A stretch of 63,747 nucleotides of DNA, filler included, from Octopus bimaculoides (GCF_001194135.2; 7 parts of 6 records of this genome joined end to end with filler, not necessarily neighbours in it); one strand, 5' to 3'. Counted from the first letter of the whole stretch, positions 1 to 13,334 are shown. Numbers and translations are program-made. The notes: generated by a model from the letters alone, not told the origin.

Positions 1-39
<39 letters not shown>

Positions 40-42
40 TTA

Positions 43-92
<50 letters not shown>

Positions 93-1073
93 CGTATATG
101 TGAGTGTATGTATGTATATGTATGCAGATACATGCAATGTTCATATATACATTTACATATGTATAAATACACGCATATATATATGTACATATATATATAT
201 ACATTTATATATATTTATATAAATATATATATGCATGTACGTATATGTACAAAAAGCAATCAAATCTAATGTGAATAAATGATAGTGACTTAAACTGTTA
301 CACATGAGGGCCGAATATCACTCTGATCTCAGCCTCGATATCGATAAAAAACAGGAGCTAAGTGGTTGTAATGGAGAAGATATAATGGAAAATAGAGGAG
401 ATTAACACATACAACAAAACAAATCTAAACAGGCTCATAAAGTCATGGATGGTAACGTGCGCAATAGTGTTTCTACCAAGGGAAAATCTGGAACCACCAC
501 ATGCCAAAGATCGTATGCCCTCTCCCAAGTGGCAACAGAAGAAATAGCAACAAAGAAGCAAAACAACTGCATTTATATATATANNNNNNNNNNNNNNNNN
601 NNNNNNNNNNNNNNNNNNNNNNNNNNNNNNNNNNNNNNNNNNNNNNNNNNNNNNNNNNNNNNNNNNNNNNNNNNNNNNNNNNNNNNNNNNNNNNNNNNNN
701 NNNNNNNNNNNNNNNNNNNNNNNNNNNNNNNNNNNNNNNNNNNNNNNNNNNNNNNNNNNNNNNNNNNNNNNNNNNNNNNNNNNNNNNNNNNNNNNNNNNN
801 NNNNNNNNNNNNNNNNNNNNNNNNNNNNNNNNNNNNNNNNNNNNNNNNNNNNNNNNNNNNNNNNNNNNNNNNNNNNNNNNNNNNNNNNNNNNNNNNNNNN
901 NNNNNNNNNNNNNNNNNNNNNNNNNNNNNNNNNNNNNNNNNNNNNNNNNNNNNNNNNNNNNNNNNNNNNNNNNNNNNNNNNNNNNNNNNNNNNNNNNNNN
1001 NNNNNNNNNNNNNNNNNNNNNNNNNNNNNNNNNNNNNNNNNNNNNNNNNNNNNNNNNNNNNNNNNNNNNNNNN

Positions 1074-1126
<53 letters not shown>

Positions 1127-1215
1127 AGAAAGAGAAAGAGAGACAGAGAAATAGACGGATAGAAAGCGAGATATATAGATTTAACTCTTTACGTTCATAT
1201 ATAAAAATATCTGTT

Positions 1216-1570
1216 TTGTGAGAGATATGCAATAATCTACATATGGATACCTCTATAAGGGCTAGTACCTAATATCGGCATTGACCGTTATACAAATGCC
1301 ACAGCTGACCACTGTTGTATTGTACCAAAGGTACCATCCACTCCATCTAAATCCAAGACCAAGTACTGTACTAGTTTAGGATACAAAGGCCCACAGCTTT
1401 TCAATTCCCTGCCTCAAACATTAGGAAATCTGCGTAAGGTGGATCTAGATAGATATCTTCAAAAAGGACCTAGGCATCCTCATCTTCACAATATCGGATG
1501 AACCAACAACCCGGCATGAGGTGCAGACGAAGACAACGGAATCGAACTCCCTTATGCACCAAATGGGCTT
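1216..1570 (+). mobile_element. Decayed 3' end of a CR1/L2-like LINE ORF2
   Basis: Translates (with a stop and frameshift) to ERYAIIYIWIPL*GLVPNIG...CIVPKVP...GPQLFNSLPQTLGNL...SDEPT...SNSLMHQ, a typical post-RT tail of invertebrate CR1-group LINEs. Confidence 0.8.
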
Positions 1571-2215
1571 CTTTTGTTCATTCAAATGAGACTTACTTTG
1601 GATGCTGAACAAAACGACGCAACACTTGGTACATTTTCTTTCTATTCTTCTTTTCCTCTTTTCCCATTCTGCATTTTGAACTCCCTCATTACACTTATTA
1701 GATTTATCTTACGTCTTATCTCGTGTTTTTTCTCACAGACCAGCGTCCTTTCTTGTTGGATTTTTTTTTTCTTTTTCTCAAAAGCCAGGATCCGTTCTCG
1801 TTCTGTCATAAAAGACAATCCATGTTGTATTTTGAGTCTGAAAGATTGCTAGGAAACACAAGGCTTCATAAATAGGCTTGCCATTTCTAGTGTTTTCACA
1901 GCATGAAACTAATAGTACCTCGATATTTACAAAGTGTATATATTAAATGACATTTATCTTTGACTTGACGGAGTACATCGTTTTTATTGATCCTATCAAT
2001 TACAGACCAGTAAATAATTATGTATATATATATANNNNNNNNNNNNNNNNNNNNNNNNNNNNNNNNNNNNNNNNNNNNNNNNNNNNNNNNNNNNNNNNNN
2101 NNNNNNNNNNNNNNNNNNNNNNNNNNNNNNNNNNNNNNNNNNNNNNNNNNNNNNNNNNNNNNNNNNNNNNNNNNNNNNNNNNNNNNNNNNNNNNNNNNNN
2201 NNNNNNNNNNNNNNN

Positions 2216-2249
<34 letters not shown>

Positions 2250-2981
2250 AAAGGTGATATTTATCCACATTATAAGTGGATGTTGCGTTTGGAACACAGA
2301 ACACTGCGATATTTACAATGAGAAAACCATTCCTACAGATATGTGATGTACATAAGCACTAGTGTTTATATCGCTGGCGGGAGATAATCAACCGCCATCA
2401 CAGTCGGGACTACCAGGTCACATGATTTCGGACTTTCCTTGCCTTGCCAATAAATATATATGTATGTGCATGTATGCTCGCTCGTGTACAAGCATATACA
2501 GAGACAGCTAAAATATTTTACCAGAAACTTTAAGTGCATTACAAATAAAATTCTAGACGAAACCACGCCAACATCATAAAACAATAGTCATGATGACGAT
2601 AGCAACAACAAAATCAACAATAGCGACAATTATTTCAAAGCACTCTAGCGTCTCAATAACTCTTTCATTGATTCCAGTTCGAAAATGATATCAACTACTG
2701 CAATAACACGAAAATCAATCAAACAATATGAAAGCTGCATCAGGCATATGGATATTGGAAATATCAGCTCGATGGGACTTGAGTAGAAGCTGTTTGAATG
2801 AATCTATATAGTGTCTCATAATGTTTTAACCACTCGAAGGTAGGTTATCATTGATGTAGAAGGCATTTCGTTTATATTTTGTACAAGACGTACACACACA
2901 CACACCCACACGTAAATACGTAAACAATATATGTAGGCAAACGTGTATATATACATATATATATGTATAAAAGTATACATA

Positions 2982-3061
<80 letters not shown>

Positions 3062-3228
3062 CGTGTGTGTGTGTGTGTGTGCGTGTGTGTGTATGTAAAT
3101 ATACCTGTATATGCATACATAAATATATATTACGAGAAATATACATGCATAGCTTTATCTTTATTTATCTATATATATAGACAAATTCATAGATAGATAT
3201 ATAGATAAAAAGAAAAATCGATAGAAAC

Positions 3229-3273
<45 letters not shown>

Positions 3274-3375
3274 TGCGAGGAAGAGAGAGAGAGGAAGATA
3301 GACACAGAGAGAAGGAAAGATAGACAGGTAGACAAAAGGACGTATAGACAGGCAAGCAGCTAGGCAGTTAGATAA

Positions 3376-3413
<38 letters not shown>

Positions 3414-3518
3414 TGATTATATTATATCTCTCGAAACATTGCTAAGTCCAAAATAAAATCAGAAAAAGTTATTGGGAAATATATATAAGTAAGGACACTC
3501 AAACGTAAGAGAACAAAA

Positions 3519-3549
<31 letters not shown>

Positions 3550-4053
3550 AAACTATTGCAAAGAAAGAACCGAAATTCACAAGCAGAATACATATCAAAA
3601 ATGGAGATTATGAATGCAATCGTAGACAAAATACTTGCGGAAACAACAACAGTTCTAAAATGTGATAGGTAAGTGAGGTATCACAATTGTAGTAGAAATA
3701 ATCGAGTTACTTATTTACACAGATAAATAGATATGTTTCAATATATGTGTTTCCTCAAATTTGTTTACGTACCTACCACATGAATATACATGTGTGTGTG
3801 TGCGCGTGGGGGGGGTGCCTTGCATTTTAGCGGCCGGACAAAAGAGGTCGATAGAATAAGTAACAGGTTTTACAAATGAGATACTCGGGGACATTTACTT
3901 CGGCTAAAATTCCTCAAGGTGGTGTCCCAGCATGGCCGCAGCCTAAGTAGAAGTTATAAAGGATATATACATGGTGAGGAAAACAAGTGAAATAGAACTC
4001 AATATACGCACGTATACATATGTGTGTTTGTGTATGTGTATATATATAGATAT

Positions 4054-4098
<45 letters not shown>

Positions 4099-4395
4099 NN
4101 NNNNNNNNNNNNNNNNNNNNNNNNNNNNNNNNNNNNNNNNNNNNNNNNNNNNNNNNNNNNNNNNNNNNNNNNNNNNNNNNNNNNNNNNNNNNNNNNNNNN
4201 NNNNNNNNNNNNNNNNNNNNNNNNNNNNNNNNNNNNNNNNNNNNNNNNNNNNNNNNNNNNNNNNNNNNNNNNNNNNNNNNNNNNNNNNNNNNNNNNNNNN
4301 NNNNNNNNNNNNNNNNNNNNNNNNNNNNNNNNNNNNNNNNNNNNNNNNNNNNNNNNNNNNNNNNNNNNNNNNNNNNNNNNNNNNNNNNNNNNNNN

Positions 4396-4428
<33 letters not shown>

Positions 4429-4921
4429 AACGCATATAATATATGTGTGTGTATACGTATGTATGTACGTAGGCATGTATATTAAGCAATAGATAGATAA
4501 GTGAGACTAAGATGAAATTTCCAAGGTAGAGGAATCAGAGAATCTAAGATATTACCATAGTAATTCTGTGATCTGCGCATCGAAAGACAGTGGGAAAAGT
4601 ATCAATGTCTCAACTCGCATCCTCTTGGAAATTTCAAGCTCAATAGCGCTTATCACCTGTTGATGATTATAGCAGTGAATGTAAGTTGATGCATTAGACA
4701 TGTGCACGCGCACAAACTCGCAAATGCATTGACACATGCGTGTGTATATATACATATGTGTATATATGTATATAGATGTGTGTGTGTATGTATTTATATA
4801 CGTATATATATAAGTATATATGTATACATATATATGTACATATATGCATATATATATATGTGCATATATCTATATATNNNNNNNNNNNNNNNNNNNNNNN
4901 NNNNNNNNNNNNNNNNNNNNN

Positions 4922-4933
4922 TTAATTAATTAA
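4922..4933. other. Artificial assembly spacer (44N-TTAATTAATTAA-44N = 100 bp); also at 15347, 25748, 53254, 57805 and 61251
   Basis: An identical palindromic 12-mer with stops in all six frames, centred in N-runs six times; 44-N flanks counted at 4878-4977. Confidence 0.95.
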
Positions 4934-5196
4934 NNNNNNNNNNNNNNNNNNNNNNNNNNNNNNNNNNNNNNNNNNNNACACACACACACACACATATGCA
5001 CAAATACCTAGATGATGTTGATAAAAGTTCCAATGAAGGAGCCTTGAATCTATGTTAGAGTCCGGCTCTTTCTCTATTGACAAGAAATACAGAAATGGAA
5101 CTGATTGATAACATACATACACCCACACACACATATATATATATACACTCATAAAACATATACACACATACATGCATACATTCATACATGCTTACA

Positions 5197-5610
5197 ATGC
5201 GGGGCTTACAGCTCTTATAACCCGGGTATGAATTCTCATTTGTACCTATAATCATAGGGTGCATGATGTTATATGTACAAACAAATTTACCAAAAAAAAA
5301 AAAAAACTTGGTAGAAATACTCGGTTTCACGGAAAAAGAGCAAAAGAAACCGACGCGGATTCTCCAAATCCAATATATTAGTGGCACAGTGAAGATTTGT
5401 AAGACATTCCAAAAAACCCCCACACCACTCCATCTGAGATACTTATGTAAATACTAGACATACCTGGGTGTATGCATTGACAGCTCAACCAACACTCCCA
5501 CTTAACCGCATATTTACAAACACCAGGGACTCTCGTAACTCAAAAAGTCTTATTGCCTTGTTAGCGACCGGCTTGAATCACACAGGAAGAAATTCAATTA
5601 AAAAAAAAAA
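5197..5610 (+). mobile_element. 3' end of an RLE-type (R2-superfamily) non-LTR element with probable 3' UTR and poly-A
   Basis: LQLL*PGYEFSFVPIIIG...LGFTEKEQKK...LQIQYISGTVKICKTFQK at 5197-5413; A-run near 5600. Confidence 0.65.
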
Positions 5611-6585
5611 AAACCATGCATACATGCATACATATTAGGCACGTGCTGTCGGTAATCACTCAGGGTAGGCAGTTGGTGACGTTTATATAGTAAAATACAT
5701 AAAAAAAACATAAGCGAAACACAGGCACGCGACTGAGTTGGAGGTAGATTTACTTCTGCTTTTATAGAACGTAAAGAAAACGTTGTTGTAGGAATTTACG
5801 CAGCATGTGCACTACAGCAGTTCTACGCGTAGTTTAAACAATGAGATTGAAAAGCAAGGGCGAATTATGCTTACCTTATCTACAAAAATATAAAATATTT
5901 NNNNNNNNNNNNNNNNNNNNNNNNNNNNNNNNNNNNNNNNNNNNNNNNNNNNNNNNNNNNNNNNNNNNNNNNNNNNNNNNNNNNNNNNNNNNNNNNNNNN
6001 NNNNNNNNNNNNNNNNNNNNNNNNNNNNNNNNNNNNNNNNNNNNNNNNNNNNNNNNNNNNNNNNNNNNNNNNNNNNNNNNNNNNNNNNNNNNNNNNNNNN
6101 NNNNNNNNNNNNNNNNNNNNNNNNNNNNNNNNNNNNNNNNNNNNNNNNNNNNNNNNNNNNNNNNNNNNNNNNNNNNNNNNNNNNNNNNNNNNNNNNNNNN
6201 NNNNNNNNNNNNNNNNNNNNNNNNNNNNNNNNNNNNNNNNNNNNNNNNNNNNNNNNNNNNNNNNNNNNNNNNNNNNNNNNNNNNNNNNNNNNNNNNNNNN
6301 NNNNNNNNNNNNNNNNNNNNNNNNNNNNNNNNNNNNNNNNNNNNNNNNNNNNNNNNNNNNNNNNNNNNNNNNNNNNNNNNNNNNNNNNNNNNNNNNNNNN
6401 NNNNNNNNNNNNNNNNNNNNNNNNNNNNNNNNNNNNNNNNNNNNNNNNNNNNNNNNNNNNNNNNNNNNNNNNNNNNNNNNNNNNNNNNNNNNNNNNNNNN
6501 NNNNNNNNNNNNNNNNNNNNNNNNNNNNNNNNNNNNNNNNNNNNNNNNNNNNNNNNNNNNNNNNNNNNNNNNNNNNNNNNNNNAT

Positions 6586-6797
6586 ATAGCGTGTCCATAA
6601 ATTATCTTTACAATTTGAGAAGTTCAGAAAAAATGAAAAGTACAAATAACTCAGAAAGTTTATTGGGAAACATAGACAAACAAATAAAGCTTTATTAGAA
6701 ACATCAGGACACTTCCATGTCGGCTCCAGTGGCTGCATGAAATAAATGGATACAGTATACTGTGGTAGTTTTAAAGATAATTTATGGACATCCTGTC
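6586..6797. mobile_element. Tc1/mariner-type MITE
   Basis: Terminal inverted repeats tgtccataaattatcttta (left) and taaagataatttatggaca (right); no coding capacity. Confidence 0.75.
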
Positions 6798-7109
6798 CGT
6801 AGGTACATTCATACATGCAAACTTGTATATGCACGTACACACACCTATACATATATACATGTATACGCACGTACGCATATACATGCAGAAAATTCACGGA
6901 AAAGAAAGAAAGAAAGGAAGAAGGAAAGAAAGAAAGAAGGAAAGAAAGAAAGAAAGAAAGAAAGAAAGGAAGGAAGGAAGGAAGAAAGAAAGGAAGAAAG
7001 AAAAGAAACATACGTATTCTGCAAACCCAGTCGTTGAATATTTATTAAATGTTGCGAAATTTCTTAATTTCAGTTGTTTCCGGGAATGATTACGTATACG
7101 CAATCACAT

Positions 7110-7154
<45 letters not shown>

Positions 7155-7926
7155 TGCGTGCGTGTGTGTGTGTACGTGTGTGTAAGATAAGTAAATAGTG
7201 TTATCACCTTAGTAACTAACAAGTTTTGATTAAAAACGCGGAAATTTTAAGCGAGAGTCTGTCAACACAATGCAACACAAACTTCAAAAAAAAAAATCTT
7301 TCCCTTTAAACAGTTTATGAAGGTACATGCGTAATTAACAAATATTTTTACCGGCATCGTAGCTACGGCTGACAACTTAGTAATAATTAACACACGCGCA
7401 GATCAATTCCACCTCATTATTAATCATTTAGTTAAATAACCAACCAAGGAAGTAATCGATCGTTTGTTTAATGTGCTGGTTAAACAATCAATCGGATGTT
7501 TCTCAGTCAAAGTTCTTCCGTCGCTGTTCACGACCTTTTCAGTGACTTCCTCACTTTTTCTCTCGCTCCAACGTCTGCTCTGCGTCTGTCTCCCTTATTT
7601 TACGAACTAGTTGATCCGTTAGAATGCACCATCAACAAAAAAAAAACAAAAAAATATTGAGAAAGGAATATTTGAAGACGTAAATTTATTCCTTTTACCG
7701 TGGAAATCAAATATCCATTCAAAATTACATCACCATTAACTGCAGAAAGCAGTTTTATATACCAATCCCTCTTTTATTGGGGAATATCATGGTTGGAACT
7801 GTGTTTTGTCGAGATATATCAAGTTTACTGAGGCAACGTGACTTACAGAAATCAACCAGTTATTTTTTTCTTTCCTTTTTTTCTTATTTTCTTTGCAAGC
7901 TATTTAACATCATTACTAGAATAACT

Positions 7927-8186
7927 GTGGAGGCGCATGGCTTATTGGTTAGGGTGTCAGCACCATGATCGTAAGATTGTCGTTTCGATTCCTGGACCGG
8001 GCGACGCGTGGTGTTCTTGAGCAAAACACTTCATTTCACGTTGCTCCAGTCCACTCAGCTGGCAAAAAATGAGTAACGCTGCGATGGACTGGCGTCCCGT
8101 CCAGCTGGGGAACACATACGCCATTGAAACCGGGAAACCGGGCCCATGAGCCTGGCTAGGCTTTAAAAGGGCGCACTTATTATTTT
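7927..8186 (+). mobile_element. tRNA-derived SINE (family E), full length, 15-bp TSD
   Basis: A/B-box-like head; central gcaaaacacttcatttcacgttgctccagtccactcagctgg...gcgatggactggcgtcccgtccag; TSD attactagaataact at 7912-7926 and 8187-8201. A partial - strand copy lies at ~37195-37318. Confidence 0.9.
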
Positions 8187-9168
8187 ATTACTAGAATAAC
8201 TAGGAAATTTGATATCTCAGTTTATAAGTTAAGGTATAATTTAAGAGGTATTTATCTGCCATTTCTGACAGCCCACAGTCTCTCAAATTAACCCCTAACA
8301 ACAGTAATAACATATCTTGTTGTTTAGCCCTTGGATAAATCTGATCAAGCAGTCCTAAGTTCAAAAGCGTTCCAGCCGTGATCATCACTTCCATGTATAC
8401 ATTTTTTCTCAGATACTCTAGGATTATATTGTAACCAGTTTGTCCTTCGCTTCTCAAAGCAGTATGGTTTGATTTCAGAGAGATTTGGTTGTTATTTTTA
8501 GCAGACCCAGCTGCCACGGCAAGGCATTGTCTTATAACCATTCTAACCCCTTTGCCGCAGAAATCAGATATATCCACTAACATTTTCATTACCCTTAAAT
8601 ACAGAAAGCGGTTTTATATATCAATCTATCTTTTATTGCGGAATGTCATGTTTGAAAGCCATGTTCTGTAGAGATATTGAGTTTATCTATTGAGGCAACG
8701 TGACTTGCAGAAAATAACCAATTCTAATTTTTCGGTAGATATTTAACATCGTTACTGGAATAACAAGGAAATTTAATTTCGCAGTTAAAAGGATATACAG
8801 TCAATTGCGAAAACACATTAAGAAAATGAGCTCTGATACAGATAACTACAAAACCGCTCGATAAAAGTAATATCCAATGCTTTAGTGTTACATACAACGT
8901 GATTCGTGCATTCTGGCTTCAGAATCCATTTCCTTAATGCATTTTAAAGAACGAATGTTCGTTTTTTTCCCCTATCTTTTACTTGTTGCAGTCATTGGAC
9001 TGCGGTCATGCTTGGAAGTGTCTCAGGGGTTTCAGTCGAACAAATCGATCCTAGCACGTATTTTCTTCAAGTCTGGTACTTATTTTACCGAACCGTTAAG
9101 TTACGGGCACGTCATAAAAAAAACCCAGAAGCAATCAGAGTGGGAGACAAACAACACACAAGCACAAT

Positions 9169-9243
<75 letters not shown>

Positions 9244-9513
9244 ACACACACACATGCAGACACATACACATACACACACACATACATAAAGACACGCATA
9301 TATGTGTATATAAAAAGTAAAGGAAATTGGAAATGCACAGAAGAGTATATGTGATGACTTGTTTATATTAAAAGTAATACTCTTAACCGGTTTCACATCT
9401 GCCTGATTTTCAAATGTATAAGTTGTGACAACGAGGAGCTGTGTCGCAAACTGTAGTGTGTGTGTGTGTGTGTGTGTGCGAGCGTGTGCGCGCGCGCGTA
9501 TCTGCATATATAA

Positions 9514-9582
<69 letters not shown>

Positions 9583-9964
9583 CATTTACACACACACATA
9601 TATATACACATATTTATAGGTAGATAGATCGACAAGTATATATGTATGTGTGTATGTATATAAGTATGTATACACACACACATGACAGGCTGTAACACAG
9701 TTTCCACTTTCTGGATTCGCTCATAAGCCACTGGTCGGCTCAGGGCTACAGTAGAAGACAATTGTCCAAGGTCCTGCTTATAAATAGATATTTACATTTC
9801 CAGATAGTATTTCCGTAGTCTGTATTAATCTGTTGAGTTAAACGGTTGACATGAAGTTTACCGTCATAAAAAGTGAAAGTAAATAGTCCTTAAAAAGTGA
9901 AAGTAAATTGCGACAGAAACCGGAAGTGGTGACAGTGATGTTCCAAGATCCCATAAACAAAACA

Positions 9965-10141
9965 TGTGGCACCTTGGGCAAGGGTTTTCTACTATAGCCT
10001 CGGGCCGATCAAGGCTTTGTGAGTATATTTTCTTGAAGGAAACTGAAAAAATCCCATTGTGTAATGTCCTGTATCCGAATATGCATCTATATATACATGT
10101 AGATGTAGGTATATATGCATATGCTTATATATCATTTGTCT

Positions 10142-10193
<52 letters not shown>

Positions 10194-10355
10194 TGGTNNN
10201 NNNNNNNNNNNNNNNNNNNNNNNNNNNNNNNNNNNNNNNNNNNNNNNNNNNNNNNNNNNNNNNNNNNNNNNNNNNNNNNNNNNNNTGGTGTGTTTACGTC
10301 CCCGTAACGCAGCGGTTACGGCAAAACAGGCCGATAGAATAAGCACCAGATACAA

Positions 10356-10414
<59 letters not shown>

Positions 10415-10500
10415 GTAAATAAGTACTGGGTTCGATTCATTCGACTAAAGATTCATGAAGGTGGTTCTCCAGAATGTTCGCAGTCTAATGACTGGAACAG
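9965..10500 (+). mobile_element. SINE family A copy, interrupted by microsatellites and a gap
   Basis: gtggcaccttgggcaag...agcctcgggccga...gtgtttacgtccc...gatagaataag...gcagtctaatgactg; matches the fuller copies at 48711 and 60863. Confidence 0.75.
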
Positions 10501-11302
10501 ATTAAGAAAAGCGAAACACTCCCCCGTTATGCCACGGCCACAGAACACCTACGTGTATGTTACCGTCTTTTGAGGTGGTTAAGTATTTTCAGAGATAGCT
10601 CTGTTCCACTGTACAGTACCCAGCAACAAACACCAATAAATAAATAAATAAATAAATAAATAAAATAAAATAAAATAATAATAAGTTCTGGTGTCAATTC
10701 ATTCGACTAAAAATTCTTCAAGGCTGTGCACCCAGCATGGCCCGTAGTCTAATGAAACTGAAACAGGTAAAAGCAAAACGATAAAAATAAAGATTCACCT
10801 TTATAGACGCCGCTTTTTGTGAACAGATTTTGATAACGGCTTCAATAATACAACAAAGAGCATTTCTACCAAACAGCCACCCTGCAGGATGCCTTTGTGC
10901 TGTTCATTGGACAGTACAAAGTCGTCTCATTAGATTTGTCTGTAGCCACCAAGAACAAAGTATTGTAGTCGGTTTTCGTTCGGTATTGACTAGCAGCAAT
11001 CAATGAACTGGTGTCGATTCGTTCAATTAGGAATTCTCCAAGGCGGTGCCCCAGCACGGCCGCAGTCTGGTATTGACTAGCAGTTATCAATGATTGCTGA
11101 CGTTTCACTATTTGTATTGATTTGGTAATTCATCCATTTGATACACTCTCAAATGTTTTTCCATGTAGACCAGTCACAACGTAGCTAAGTTCCTGCGGTT
11201 CTTTACAGTGTCTGTCTGTCTGTCGCGGTAGTTGTGTAGGTATGGGTGTTGGTGGGTACATATTTATGTATATACGTATGTGCATTGATGTGTCTGTGTG
11301 TG

Positions 11303-11512
11303 GTGGTTGGCACTCCGTCGGTTACGACGACGAGTGTTCCAGTTGATCCGATCAACGGCACAGCCTGCTCGTGAAATTAGCGTGCAACTCCACAGATACG
11401 TGTACCCCTAACCTAGTTCTCGGGGATATTCAGCGTGACACAGTGTGACAAGGCTGGCCCCTTTGAATTACAGGCACAACAGAAACAGGAAGTAAGAGTG
11501 AGAGAAAGTTGT
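11303..11512 (-). mobile_element. SINE family D, 3' part (runs into a gap)
   Basis: Reverse complement of the 3' half of the 21918 and 34054 copies. Confidence 0.85.
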
Positions 11513-12077
11513 NNNNNNNNNNNNNNNNNNNNNNNNNNNNNNNNNNNNNNNNNNNNNNNNNNNNNNNNNNNNNNNNNNNNNNNNNNNNNNNNNNNNNNNN
11601 NNNNNNNNNNNNNNNNNNNNNNNNNNNNNNNNNNNNNNNNNNNNNNNNNNNNNNNNNNNNNNNNNNNNNNNNNNNNNNNNNNNNNNNNNNNNNNNNNNNN
11701 NNNNNNNNNNNNNNNNNNNNNNNNNNNNNNNNNNNNNNNNNNNNNNNNNNNNNNNNNNNNNNNNNNNNNNNNNNNNNNNNNNNNNNNNNNNNNNNNNNNN
11801 NNNNNNNNNNNNNNNNNNNNNNNNNNNNNNNNNNNNNNNNNNNNNNNNNNNNNNNNNNNNNNNNNNNNNNNNNNNNNNNNNNNNNNNNNNNNNNNNNNNN
11901 NNNNNNNNNNNNNNNNNNNNNNNNNNNNNNNNNNNNNNNNNNNNNNNNNNNNNNNNNNNNNNNNNNNNNNNNNNNNNNNNNNNNNNNNNNNNNNNNNNNN
12001 NNNNNNNNNNNNNNNNNNNNNNNNNNNNNNNNNNNNNNNNNNNNNNNNNNNNNNNNNNNNNNNNNNNNNNNNNNNNN

Positions 12078-12179
12078 GAGATGAGGAATTATTTACATTA
12101 TTTACAATTGACGGATATTAGTCCTCATCTTGTTTGTTGTTAACCTCAAGATACCGAGTTCGATTTCAGGCAGTGACCC

Positions 12180-12221
<42 letters not shown>

Positions 12222-12382
12222 CAACAACAACAACATCGAAAAAATACCTTAGGATGAGAACCCAGGGTCGAAATTTCCTCAAGACATCTGATGAAGGCTG
12301 GAGGGGATATCAGCCGAAACGTTGTGTTAACAACAAACAAGATGAGGACAAATATCCGTCAATTGTAAATAATGTAAATAAT
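12078..12382 (+). mobile_element. Penelope-like terminal-repeat unit with 57-bp inverted arms
   Basis: 12088-12144 is the reverse complement of 12326-12382 (1 mismatch) and the unit encloses a hammerhead motif. An inverted partial terminal repeat plus a hammerhead is typical of Penelope-like elements. Confidence 0.75.
12283..12328 (+). ncRNA. Minimal type-I hammerhead ribozyme motif
   Basis: gacat-CTGATGA-a-GGCTG(gaggggatat)CAGCC-GAAAC-GTT-gtgtt: core boxes, 5-bp helix II, palindromic AACGTT helix III, helix I gacau/guguu. Activity not demonstrated. Confidence 0.7.
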
Positions 12383-13334
12383 GTATATATATACTAACTT
12401 AAAACCCGTACTCCGTGCGAACTTTTACGTTAGTTCCTGTGGAGGGATAATTAGACCTGCGGCCCAAAACTAAAATGAGTTAAATATCATGACTATAATA
12501 CGTCTATAATGACTATATGCCCCGGTGGTATTTGATTATTCTATTGTTGCAGTCCCATGTTGAATAACTGCGAATGTCATTTATCTCCCCCTTGATCTCT
12601 GACGGCATCTGACAAACGCCAACGAAGATGGCATGAATCAGCCGAGCTTTACTTGCTAGAAATAGCAGCCCAAATGCTTTTAAACCAGTTCCCAATATTG
12701 GGTGTTCAAGAACCAAATGAAGGGCAGATTTTCAATCCTGGGATCATCCTGGTTCCAAAAAGGTTTGATATGTCTATGTAGAGCAAATATTGGCTGAGAT
12801 ACAGGGGTTCCAGACGGACAGACAGAATTTCGCGTTTATTAATATACAAGATATGTATGTATGTGTGTCTGCGCGCGCGCGTATTTCTGAGTGTCTGTAT
12901 GTCTGTACAGATGTATGTATTTATATATATATATACATATATGCATGTTTCTGCGGTATGTGTGTGTGTGTAGACGCGTCGAATTATTTGTCTATTACAT
13001 TGTAACTTTCAAAGCTATTAATGCATACACATGCGAGCGCGCACACACATAGACGTACGCACTTAACTTCGCGTACACTCAGATAGACCAACATACCGAA
13101 ACTGACATCCATACATCCTCTAACACTAAGTACACTGCCTCTAGATGTGTGGTGGCGCTCATTCATCACTCTACTTACTGTTTCTAATCCAAACTGAACG
13201 TGACGGCTTCAAATCTAGATGACTGTATGTAAAAAATGGAGTTTGAATAAAGATTTAAAGGAAAAAATAGTCTACTTATAACAAAAAATATTATTCCTTA
13301 TTGTCTTCATTATTATTCTTGTTATTGTTGGTGT

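Noticed and set aside
1590-2010. Minus-strand K/E-rich frame (…TERERILAFEKKKKKIQQER…) and WSVIDRINKNDVLRQV
   Set aside because: No recognisable family; it may be a very decayed RTE tail, and there is too little support for an exon.
4556-4656. AG/GT-bounded minus-strand segment VISAIELEISKRMRVETLILFPLSFDAQITELL
   Set aside because: Weak polypyrimidine tract, no homology recognised and no partner exons.
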